From Acidobacteriota bacterium (GTDB lineage: Bacteria > Acidobacteriota > UBA890 > WLXD01), in NCBI GenBank assembly GCA_965248695.1, contig CBDFKD010000002.1, positions 3,968,001-4,032,000 of the forward strand: DNA of 64,000 nucleotides, given 5' to 3'. The notes under the pieces are model-generated. The model was not told where the DNA came from and ran no database searches. It was given only the letters and a program-made list of their open reading frames with translations. Within the stretch, counting starts at the first letter, position 1. Each line of letters starts with the position of its first letter. Positions 27,993 to 36,692 of the stretch are shown here, in pieces. Made by a program: the position numbers and the translations under genes.

Positions 27993-30382
27993 CCACCTTC
28001 ACCAATATCCCGAGAGCCATCGAAGACGTGCTGCAGAGCCGCATCCCATCGACCTCGCGGAGGGAATTCCTGAGGTCTTCGGGTGCCCTTGTCGTGAGCT
28101 TCAGCGCCACCGCCGTTGCGGGCACCGACGCACTGGCGGCGGTCGGCGGAGAGGGGGCTCTCGCCCGGGCGGCGGGCCCGTATCCGGATCCCGATATCAG
28201 ACAGCTGGATACTTGGGTGGCGATCCATGCTGACAACACCGCGACGTTCTATGTCGGTAAGACCGACTGTGGTCAGGGGACCGGCACGGCGTTCCGGCAG
28301 ATGATGGCTGACGAGCTGGATATCGCCTACGACAAGACCAGCCTCGTCATGGGTAGAACCGACGTTACCCCCGACCAGGGCGGGTCGGGCGGATCGGATG
28401 CGATCCAGCGCGACGGCTGGCCGATGCGGCGCGTTGCGGCCGAGGCCCGACGCGTTCTGCTGGAGCTGGCTTCCGAGCGGTTCGGAGTGCCGGTCGAGCA
28501 GCTCGAAGTCCGTGACGCGGTGATCGCGCTGAGATCGGCCGCTGCCCGGACCGTCACCTACGCGGAGTTGGTGAGCGAGCGGCGGTTCAACGTCACGCTG
28601 ACGGGAGACGACGTCAACGCGATCTCGGGTGTGGCTGACGTCAAGCCGGTGGGCGATCTCAGGATCGTCGGCCAGTCGCCGCAGCGTTACGACATCCCCC
28701 CGAAGGTCGACGGGTCGCTGACCTGGGCAGTCGACGTTGCGCTGCCCGGAATGGTGCATGCGCGCAACGTCAGGCCGCCGGTCGTCGGCGCCACTCTGCG
28801 CAGCATCGACGAAGCATCGGTCCGGGACCTGCCGGGGTTCATCCGTGTGGTCAGCAAGGGCAACTACGTCGCCGTCGTCTGCGAGCGAGAAGAGCAGGCC
28901 ATCGACGACGCCAGGCGACTCCAGGCGGAGTGGGACAAACCGTCGGCCACACCGTTCCCGACCTCCGACGGTTTGTATGCGTACATGCGCAGCGCGACGC
29001 CCACCTCGAGCAGCGATCCGGAGGTGGTAGGAAGTCCAGAGGCAGCGTTCGCCGGCGCAGCACGGGTGATCGAGGCCGAATACGACGTCCCGTTCCAGGG
29101 ACATACGGCTTTCGGTCCGGCCCACGCTCTGGCCGACCCTTCCGACGGTCAGATGACGATTTACTCCAACGACATGAAGTCCTACGGCATGCGCAACGGC
29201 ATCGCCGAGTTTCTCGGCATGCCGAGAGACCGGGTGCGTGTCGTCTGGATGGAAGGTTCCCAGGCTTACGGGCGCACGGCTGCCGACGATGCCGGCTTCG
29301 AGGCGGCATTCCTGGCCAAGGAGATCGGCCGTCCGGTGCGTATGCAGTGGAGCAGGGACGAGGAAACGGCCTGGGACACGAAGGGCCCGGCGTTCACTCT
29401 CAGACTGCGCGGCGGATTGGATGCGGACGGCCAGTTGGTGGCGCTCGAGTACGACGCCCAGAGCGCCGACTACAACCACGTCGGATACAACGAGGTCGAG
29501 ACCGTATTGATCTCGCAGCTCATCGGAACACGGCTCCCGACGCCGAACGGGGGGCGCGCCTCGACGCCGTCTGAGATGTATGCGATCCCCAACCGGCGCA
29601 CGACGGCTCAGGTCGTCCGGCTTCCGTTGATCTGGGAAACGCCGCTGCGAACCGGCAACCTCCGGGATCCCAATGGGCCGCAGGTCACCTTCGCGGCTGA
29701 ATCGTTTATCGACGAGCTGGCCGCAGCGGCCAACGCCGATCCGGTCGAGTTTCGGCTTAATCTGCTCGCTGGCAGCACCGACGATGACAGCGGGTTCCGA
29801 CGGGCGCGCTCGATCGCGGTCGTTCGCGCAGCGGCGGATGCTTACGGATGGGATACGCGGCCTTCGCCCAACTCGCACGATACAGAGACGGTTCTGACCG
29901 GACGCGGGATCGCCTACTCTTTCCGTAGCCAGACGATCGTTGCCGAGATTGCCGAGGTCGAGGTGAATCGTGAGACGGGTCATGTCTGGGTGAAGCGGCT
30001 CGTCTGCGCGCACGACTGCGGGTTGGTCATCAACCCGGAGGGGCTGCGGCGTACGATCGAGTGCGGCATGTTGCACTCGCTGAGCCGCGCGCTCCACGAA
30101 GAGGTACAGTTCGACACTGAAAAGGTCACCAGCGTGGACTGGATGTCGCACCCCAGCCTCAGGCACACCGACACGCCGGAACAGATCGACGTGGTCCTGG
30201 TAAACGGCGATCCTGATCCGGAGCGCTCGGATCTGCCGCCCTACGGAGCCGGCGAGGCGGTCTGCAAACCGATGATCGCGGCGGTCGCCAATGCCATCTA
30301 CGACGCCACCGGAGTTCGTCTGCGCCGCGTGCCCTTTCGGGACGAGCGCGTGCTCGCGGCGCTCGAGACTGCGCCGGTCTAG
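27989..30382 (+). CDS. Molybdopterin-binding subunit of a xanthine dehydrogenase family enzyme (IorB-like), Tat signal
   Basis: ATGA overlap with the small subunit; SRREFL; GQGTGT..QMMADEL, GGSGGS, FAAESFIDELA...DPVEFR, AHDCGLVINP and GAGE...AAVANAIYDATGVRLR. Confidence 0.92.
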   Translation: MTTFTNIPRAIEDVLQSRIPSTSRREFLRSSGALVVSFSATAVAGTDALAAVGGEGALARAAGPYPDPDIRQLDTWVAIHADNTATFYVGKTDCGQGTGTAFRQMMADELDIAYDKTSLVMGRTDVTPDQGGSGGSDAIQRDGWPMRRVAAEARRVLLELASERFGVPVEQLEVRDAVIALRSAAARTVTYAELVSERRFNVTLTGDDVNAISGVADVKPVGDLRIVGQSPQRYDIPPKVDGSLTWAVDVALPGMVHARNVRPPVVGATLRSIDEASVRDLPGFIRVVSKGNYVAVVCEREEQAIDDARRLQAEWDKPSATPFPTSDGLYAYMRSATPTSSSDPEVVGSPEAAFAGAARVIEAEYDVPFQGHTAFGPAHALADPSDGQMTIYSNDMKSYGMRNGIAEFLGMPRDRVRVVWMEGSQAYGRTAADDAGFEAAFLAKEIGRPVRMQWSRDEETAWDTKGPAFTLRLRGGLDADGQLVALEYDAQSADYNHVGYNEVETVLISQLIGTRLPTPNGGRASTPSEMYAIPNRRTTAQVVRLPLIWETPLRTGNLRDPNGPQVTFAAESFIDELAAAANADPVEFRLNLLAGSTDDDSGFRRARSIAVVRAAADAYGWDTRPSPNSHDTETVLTGRGIAYSFRSQTIVAEIAEVEVNRETGHVWVKRLVCAHDCGLVINPEGLRRTIECGMLHSLSRALHEEVQFDTEKVTSVDWMSHPSLRHTDTPEQIDVVLVNGDPDPERSDLPPYGAGEAVCKPMIAAVANAIYDATGVRLRRVPFRDERVLAALETAPV

Positions 30383-31716
30383 TGGCCTGCGCTCGCGAGT
30401 TGATACCAGAGACTGAGCCCGTTATCGCGGATCCCGCCGAACACTTTCTCTGCGTCGTTCCAGATCCGCCGGCTCGTTACGTCGACGCCGGCACGGTCAA
30501 CGAACACCAGGGCGAACGCGATCACGTACTGGGTCGGCATGCGCGGATCCTCGATATCGCCGGCGATCGTGCCGTAGTCGAGGTCCGCATCGGCGATCCA
30601 GACGGCCGCCTGCTCGACGCCAAAGGTGACGGACGGGTACAGCGTCGGAGAGTTGGCGACGGTGTATGTGCCAACCTGAATCTGGTACATCAGATCCTCG
30701 AGGCGTGACTCCGTGCTCGGCGGGAGAATCTCGAGGGAGTCGCTGCCGTCCGGAGTTCTGCGATCGCGCTGACGGCCGACGGCCCGCACCGTCCAGTCGC
30801 GCCAGTCGGCGTCCGCGAGCACGACCCATCCATCCCGGCGCGCCACCATGTCCCTGGCACCGTCGGCAGATCGAAAATAGGCTCCGACCGGCGACGTGAC
30901 GACAATCGACTGACCATTGGTTCGCCTGATGCGAATCGTCACCGCTTCCTTGCCTGCACCGACGGCCTGAGCCTCGACCAGACCGGCGTCGATGGCATCG
31001 AACAGGTCGTGACTATCGAGCGACGCTGCGGTGGTTTCGTCGGTCGAGCGGAAAACGAAGAGGTGCTGGCTTGGAAGAAAATCGTGCAGCCGTGCCAACT
31101 CGAAGCCGGCCGCCTTCCATTCCAGGAGCACCTGGCGCACCGACATCCGGTGGTCGGCCTTGATCTGGTCTCCAGTGCCGTCCTCGACGCGATATTCGAG
31201 CAGAGCGACGCGCCCGCCGGGCGCGAGCGACCGACGGATAGCCGCCAACATCGGCACTGGATCGGACATCTCGTGGTAGACGTCGGTGATGACCACCCAG
31301 TCGACCTCGTCAACGGGCAGTTTCGGGTCCACGGGGGTCCCGAGGATGGCCTCGATGCCGGTCACGTCCTCGTCGGCAGCCAGGCCCTTCATGATCTCGA
31401 GCATCTCCGGCTGGATGTCCTCGCAGTAGATGATTCCGCCGGGCTGTACTAACGGCGCCATCTGTCGCGCGTAGTACCCTGACCCGCACCCCACGTCAGC
31501 CACGACGTCACCGGGGCTCAGTGCCATCGCTTCCAGGACGCGCTGAGGCTGTTCCTCCACCACGCGGTCTTCACGCTCGAGCCACCTTGCCCCCAGGTAG
31601 GTCATGAAATCCGCTGGGACCCGATGCCGTTCCTGGCGGTCGGTCTGTGCTTCGGTCGAGTGGAGACCGATGGCGATGCTCAGGAGAGCGGCGAGGACAA
31701 CGAGCCGGCTTTTCAA
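30379..31716 (-). CDS. Signal-peptide-bearing class I SAM-dependent methyltransferase with an uncharacterised C-terminal domain
   Basis: TTG start and signal peptide; motif I VADVGCGSGYY, EDIQPEML, DVYHE and LAPGGRVALLEYR; about 220 extra C-terminal residues. Confidence 0.8.
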   Translation of the reverse strand: MKSRLVVLAALLSIAIGLHSTEAQTDRQERHRVPADFMTYLGARWLEREDRVVEEQPQRVLEAMALSPGDVVADVGCGSGYYARQMAPLVQPGGIIYCEDIQPEMLEIMKGLAADEDVTGIEAILGTPVDPKLPVDEVDWVVITDVYHEMSDPVPMLAAIRRSLAPGGRVALLEYRVEDGTGDQIKADHRMSVRQVLLEWKAAGFELARLHDFLPSQHLFVFRSTDETTAASLDSHDLFDAIDAGLVEAQAVGAGKEAVTIRIRRTNGQSIVVTSPVGAYFRSADGARDMVARRDGWVVLADADWRDWTVRAVGRQRDRRTPDGSDSLEILPPSTESRLEDLMYQIQVGTYTVANSPTLYPSVTFGVEQAAVWIADADLDYGTIAGDIEDPRMPTQYVIAFALVFVDRAGVDVTSRRIWNDAEKVFGGIRDNGLSLWYQLASAGH

Positions 31717-31825
31717 GAGAGATTCCTCAGGGCAACGAGTCCGTTCACCCTACCATCGGGTAGGCGACCGTTACCGAAGAACCCACCGGTGCACCAGTCC
31801 CCACATCGCGTGGCTCGCACTCACG

Positions 31826-33160
31826 ATGATGGCAGCCGGCGGTGGCCCTCAAGCGGGCGGGACGGATTGGCCGGGGTGGCGCGGGGTCGACCGTCTCGCT
31901 CAGTGGAGCGAGACCGGAATCGTCGACACGCTGCCCGCCGAGCTTCTGATGACGTGGCGCGTTCCCATCAACTCGGGCTACGCGGGACCTTCGGTGGCCG
32001 ACGGCCGGGTCTTCGTGACGGATTGGGCCGAGGACCCCGAGTCCCGAACGATCGACGGTACCGAGCGCCTGCTCGCTCTCGACGAGCAGACCGGGAGGAT
32101 CCTCTGGACACACGCGTGGCAGACCAGCTACCGGATGCTGATGGCGTCGTATGCGATCGGACCGCGGGCCACTCCCACCGTCGACGGCGACCGTGTCTAC
32201 GTGCTCGGCGCCACCGGCAGGCTCTTCTGCCTCGACGTGGAGACCGGCGCGGTCCGGTGGGAGATCGATTACGCGGAGGAATACGGCACCAGCATCCCGA
32301 CCTGGGGCACCACGAGCGCGCCCCTCGTCGACGGGGACCTACTGATCGGGGTAGTCGGCGCCGAACCGGATGGCATGGTGATGGCGTTCGACAAGCTCAC
32401 TGGCGCAGATCGCTGGCGCTCGGTCCGCGTCACCGGTGAGATGGGCTACAGCCAACCGGTGATCTATCGAGCCGGTGGCGTCCGTCAGCTGATCGTGTGG
32501 CATGCCTCCGGGCTCGTCTCGTTGGATCCGGGCAGCGGCGCGATCTACTGGGAGCAGCCGATCGAGGCGGGCGCCGGCATGGCGGTCGCTACCCCGGTCA
32601 AGGGGGGTGATTATCTCTTGGTCTCCCAGCTCCACCACGGCTCGACGATGATGCGGCTGAGCTCGGACCGACCGGCCGCGACGATGTTGTGGCAGGGGAC
32701 GAGCCGCAGCGTGGACCGGCCCGACGGACTCCACTCGACGATCAGCGGCCCGATCATCATCGGCGACTATCTCTACGGCCTGGGCGTGAACGGTGAGCTC
32801 CGTGGTCTCGACGCTCGGAGCGGTGAGCGCGTGTGGGAAGACCTGACGATGAACGCCGCTGAGCGCCAGCAGTGGGGCGTTATCCGGTGGGGTACGGCGT
32901 TCATGGTGCGACAGGGTGACCGCTACTTCATGAACAGCGACGAGGGCAACCTGATCATTGCGCGGTTCACCCCCCAGGGCTACGAGGAGCTCAGCCGGAC
33001 ACGGCTGATCGAACCGACGACCAGTGCCGGCCTTGGCGCGGTTCGCCGCTACGACCGTCTCGTCAACTGGACGCACCCCGCATACGCGAACCGCCACATC
33101 GTGCACCGCAACGATCGCCAGATCCTCCGCGCCTCGCTGTCGGCGGCCGACTACGACTAG
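31826..33160 (+). CDS. PQQ-binding-like beta-propeller protein (BamB-like)
   Basis: DWPGWRG, GYAGPSVADGRVF, LD..TG...W repeats, GPRATP, GYSQP and WTHPAYAN. The true start is uncertain and may lie ~31789 if there is an indel in the CCCC at 31799-31802. Confidence 0.85.
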   Translation: MMAAGGGPQAGGTDWPGWRGVDRLAQWSETGIVDTLPAELLMTWRVPINSGYAGPSVADGRVFVTDWAEDPESRTIDGTERLLALDEQTGRILWTHAWQTSYRMLMASYAIGPRATPTVDGDRVYVLGATGRLFCLDVETGAVRWEIDYAEEYGTSIPTWGTTSAPLVDGDLLIGVVGAEPDGMVMAFDKLTGADRWRSVRVTGEMGYSQPVIYRAGGVRQLIVWHASGLVSLDPGSGAIYWEQPIEAGAGMAVATPVKGGDYLLVSQLHHGSTMMRLSSDRPAATMLWQGTSRSVDRPDGLHSTISGPIIIGDYLYGLGVNGELRGLDARSGERVWEDLTMNAAERQQWGVIRWGTAFMVRQGDRYFMNSDEGNLIIARFTPQGYEELSRTRLIEPTTSAGLGAVRRYDRLVNWTHPAYANRHIVHRNDRQILRASLSAADYD

Positions 33161-33170
33161 GGGCGATCTA

Positions 33171-33686
33171 CTACCGGAGGAGCGGCCGCGTCGATCGCGC
33201 CCCGCGGGCGACGAACGCCTCGCACTCGGCGAAGTCGTCGTCGTCTCCCATCACTGCCTTGTGGTGGGCGGCCATGTGGCTGAACGACGCATCGGTTCCG
33301 AACCACTCGTTGACAGTGCCCTTACCCTTCTTCTTGCCCTTGATGTCGATCGCGGTGTGGACGTCGAAGCCCGGGCATCCTCCCTGCAACCATGTGCGCT
33401 TCATCCGCTTGTCCGACATCCAGCGTCCCTCGTCGCATGCGTCGACGATGACCCACGTATGGTCGTCGAAGAGACAGGCCGTGAAGGGGTCCGGGAAGTC
33501 GAAATCGTCGCCCCACTTGTTCCCGTCGTCCAGACCATCCAGGTTCGTCACGTCGAACACCCACACCTTCGTGAGCACCCCCGTGGCGCCGCCCTGAGCC
33601 GCACCGGCGGCGCCACTTGTGGGCGCCATCAAGAGGAGCACCAAGATCCCGGCCACCGCTACCCAACGCTCCCATCGATTGCGCAC
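33171..33686 (-). CDS. Hypothetical secreted protein (4 Cys in the mature part)
   Basis: GGAGG RBS before GTG 33686; signal-like N-terminus; coding-like composition; no family recognised. Confidence 0.6.
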   Translation of the reverse strand: MRNRWERWVAVAGILVLLLMAPTSGAAGAAQGGATGVLTKVWVFDVTNLDGLDDGNKWGDDFDFPDPFTACLFDDHTWVIVDACDEGRWMSDKRMKRTWLQGGCPGFDVHTAIDIKGKKKGKGTVNEWFGTDASFSHMAAHHKAVMGDDDDFAECEAFVARGARSTRPLLR

Positions 33687-33961
33687 GCTGCACCTCCCTG
33701 TCATCTCGGCCGTTGTGGCCCATCATCCCTCGAGCGCCGTCCCGATCCCGCTGATAACGCTCCCGTGGTTCCGTCGGAACGATATCCTCGGAATCCAACA
33801 CCGCATGGCAGCGTACCGCCACGGCCGACAGAGGTCGACCGCAGCGGTCACCACAGTGGTCATTGGATCTCGTCGGCCCCCGGCGATAGGCTTCACGCGC
33901 TCATCCGAACGCTTTCCCAGGACTGCGCCGAGAAATCCACGATCAGGAGGTGGCTAGCCCG

Positions 33962-34273
33962 ATGACCGTTCAAGAGCTCGTTACGCGCTTCCCCGAGATT
34001 CCGGCCGATCTGCATCAGGAACCGCTGCTGGCGGAGTTCGCCACCACGCTCGGCGATCTGCTGGCGGTCGCCAGGGATCCGAGCGCCTGTGCGGCCGAGT
34101 ACGATGCCGCCAACCACTACTACCTCGGCTTGATCGGCCCGTTGAAGATCTACATGTACGGGTTGTCGAGTCGAGACAAGGCGCTGGAGCATCTGAGCGA
34201 CACGCTGGAGCGTCGCGCCGCTGACCATGACGGCTTCGCCGCTGGCCTGATCGCCGAGGGCGCTGCGAGATAG
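33962..34273 (+). CDS. Hypothetical protein
   Basis: AGGAGG upstream; GC3-rich codons; no family recognised. Confidence 0.65.
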   Translation: MTVQELVTRFPEIPADLHQEPLLAEFATTLGDLLAVARDPSACAAEYDAANHYYLGLIGPLKIYMYGLSSRDKALEHLSDTLERRAADHDGFAAGLIAEGAAR

Positions 34274-34350
34274 GGGCGACGCAGCCGGCCGGCACGTGGG
34301 AAGCCGCGGGGCCAGACGATCATCCTGAACAGCTACGCGGAGAAGATTAG

Positions 34351-34821
34351 ATGGCTCGGAGAATGTTTCTTGCGTTGGCGATGGTCGCGCTGGCTCTCGT
34401 GACAGGGGGGTGCAACGTCACCAACTTGTTCCTGGCCTTCGTGCCCGAGGTGATCTATCTCGACGGCGTGTGGACAGAGAAGGAGTGCCTGATCTTCACG
34501 GGCTCTCCGTTCGAGATTACGAGCGGCAAGTACAGGGTGCTTGGTAGTCTGCCGTCAGGAGCGCCGCCCCCGCGGGTGATCAAGTTCCGGTTTACTCGCT
34601 TTGGCGCCGATGAGCGGAGAATGGAGAAACGCCAGGTAAGGATCAAGGTCAACGACGATGGCACCATCGACGACACCGTAAACAACAAGAAGGAGCTCGC
34701 CCTCGACCAGGGGGACACTCTCTGCATCGCCATAAGACCCGAAGGAGCCGACATCCAGCGTTCATCGATCCGCGCGGGCCGAGAGCCACAGGTCGTGCTC
34801 AATGCTTTCAAGCTGGAGTAG
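34351..34821 (+). CDS. Hypothetical lipoprotein
   Basis: MARR, hydrophobic stretch and TGGC lipobox; GGAG RBS. Confidence 0.65.
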   Translation: MARRMFLALAMVALALVTGGCNVTNLFLAFVPEVIYLDGVWTEKECLIFTGSPFEITSGKYRVLGSLPSGAPPPRVIKFRFTRFGADERRMEKRQVRIKVNDDGTIDDTVNNKKELALDQGDTLCIAIRPEGADIQRSSIRAGREPQVVLNAFKLE

Positions 34822-34847
34822 GCTGGCCAAAAAGGGGCCGCACCAAG

Positions 34848-35246
34848 ATGGCGGATAGCAACGGATCTGAGAAGGCAATCGCCCTCATGTCCCGGGCGGT
34901 GGGAGTGCTGGTGCCCGCGGCCGTGGGCGGGGTCCTCTTCTTCTGGTTGTTCGCCGCCTTCGATACGTTCGTCGGAATCCCGAATCCTGCCCGCCGGGTG
35001 CTCCTCGGTGTCGCAATGGCACCCTGGGCGTTGCTGTTCTTCTTGCTGATTCCTTACGCGGCGGTCAGAGGAATCAGCTGGTTTCGTAGCGCCCCGCAGG
35101 CTGAGAGCAGTGCCACGGTCCGCACGATGCGCGGCGTCTTCCTCAGCCTCATCGTCGTGGCCATGATTCTGAGCGGCGCCCTCGACCCGCTCTTCGACCG
35201 GATCGTCGGCTTCCTCAACACAGTGCGGACAAGTCTGTTCGGCTGA
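34848..35246 (+). CDS. Hypothetical 3-TM membrane protein
   Basis: Three hydrophobic segments; follows the lipoprotein gene after 26 nt. Confidence 0.6.
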   Translation: MADSNGSEKAIALMSRAVGVLVPAAVGGVLFFWLFAAFDTFVGIPNPARRVLLGVAMAPWALLFFLLIPYAAVRGISWFRSAPQAESSATVRTMRGVFLSLIVVAMILSGALDPLFDRIVGFLNTVRTSLFG

Positions 35247-35324
35247 GACGAAGCCGTTATGGAGTTGATCTGTAGCCCGGGTGGGGCGGAAGCGGCCCGG
35301 CGCACCGAGGTGTGAATCCGGCGC

Positions 35325-36584
35325 TCACTCGCCTGGTGTCTGCCAGAGTGACAGCGACGAGGTGTCCTTGATGAGCACGCCTCGTCCCGTCGGTACCGGA
35401 TGCGCGTAGGTACTGCTCTCGGCGACCGAGTAGCGCGCCAGCGGCTGGAATTCTCCGCTGTCCGCTGGGAGCACGATGAGCTCGCCTCCATCGGTAAGGG
35501 CGACGAGGCGATTCGCGAGCCCCACTAGCGCTGCGTTGTCGCCCTCCCTGCCGCGGCTGGTCCACAGAGTCTCGCCAGTTGCGACGTCGATGGCGAAGAA
35601 CTGTCCGCTCTGCTTGTGGGAGAACCCGAACAGCCGGGAACCGAGGAGGACGGGCGAGCTCATGTACATGGGCAGGTCATCGTTGCGCCATAGCTCTGCC
35701 GATGTCCACGAGTCCCCGTCGCGGAGAAGTTCGACCGCGAAGACTCCGCGATCCAGTCCGGAGAAGATCAAGTGATCGCCATCGGCCACTGGCGTGACGA
35801 CGCTCTGGTCGTAGTCGGTCGTGAACGGGATCTGCCAAAGAACACGGCCGCTGTCTGCGGCCACCCCGACGATGTGAGCATCGGTTTGCGTCACGAGCTG
35901 ACGCTGCCCGTGGAGTTGCAGCAGAATCGGTGAGGTGTGTCCGGGGCCGTCGCCGCGCGTGGCCCAGATCGGCTCGCCGGTGTCGGCGTCGAATGCCGCG
36001 ATGGCGCCATCGTGGTAGCCGCCCACGTGAATGAAGACACGGTCGCCATCGACCAGCGGCGACGCCGACGCACCGTAGATTGGCGACGTGGTCGGGTACT
36101 CGCTGCCGAACTCGCGCCGCCAGGCGAGGTCGCCGGTTTCAGCGTCGTAGCAGGACAGGATGCCATCGATGCCGAACGTATAGAGCTTGCCGCCGGAAAG
36201 CGCCGGAGTGGACTTGGGTCCATCGCCGTGGGCTGTCGCCGATACGTTCACCTCGTAGGGGGCGGCGTAGGACTGTCGCCATATCGTGGCGCCGGTGCTC
36301 AGATCCAGCGCCCGTACGACCTCTTCGTCTGCTTCCCGCGTCAGCAGGTAGACACGATCTCCGGCGACCACCGGGCTCGAATACCCGCGTCCCACCTCGA
36401 CTTGCCAGAGTCGCTCGAGCCCGCTGGGTAGGACAGTAGGTAGAAATTCGGCCGCTCCTTTGCCGTCACGCTCCGGTCCCCGCCACTGTGTCCAATCCTG
36501 GCTGAACGCCACGGTCGGCGCGGCAGCCGACCAGACGAACGCCAGCAGCCAGACGGCGCACCGTACACCTCGCTCGTTTCTCAT
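35325..36584 (-). CDS. PQQ-binding-like beta-propeller protein (BamB-like)
   Basis: GAGGAG RBS and signal peptide; DWTQWRGPERDG, GYSSPVV, GPKSTP, ASPLVDG and MSSPV. Confidence 0.9.
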   Translation of the reverse strand: MRNERGVRCAVWLLAFVWSAAAPTVAFSQDWTQWRGPERDGKGAAEFLPTVLPSGLERLWQVEVGRGYSSPVVAGDRVYLLTREADEEVVRALDLSTGATIWRQSYAAPYEVNVSATAHGDGPKSTPALSGGKLYTFGIDGILSCYDAETGDLAWRREFGSEYPTTSPIYGASASPLVDGDRVFIHVGGYHDGAIAAFDADTGEPIWATRGDGPGHTSPILLQLHGQRQLVTQTDAHIVGVAADSGRVLWQIPFTTDYDQSVVTPVADGDHLIFSGLDRGVFAVELLRDGDSWTSAELWRNDDLPMYMSSPVLLGSRLFGFSHKQSGQFFAIDVATGETLWTSRGREGDNAALVGLANRLVALTDGGELIVLPADSGEFQPLARYSVAESSTYAHPVPTGRGVLIKDTSSLSLWQTPGE

Positions 36585-36692
36585 TCACTCCTCACGGCCA
36601 ATCCGAGTACCATCGCCGGCAGCCTAGCATCATGAGCTGCCCGAGGGGTGGTCACCGAACCACTGCGAGCTACCTGACAAAGGAAAACGAAC

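Noticed and set aside
27908-30166. 752-aa antisense ORF, and similar long shadows such as 57773..59482 and 59365..61287
   Set aside because: These are typical stop-poor antisense frames of high-GC genes with no recognisable motifs.
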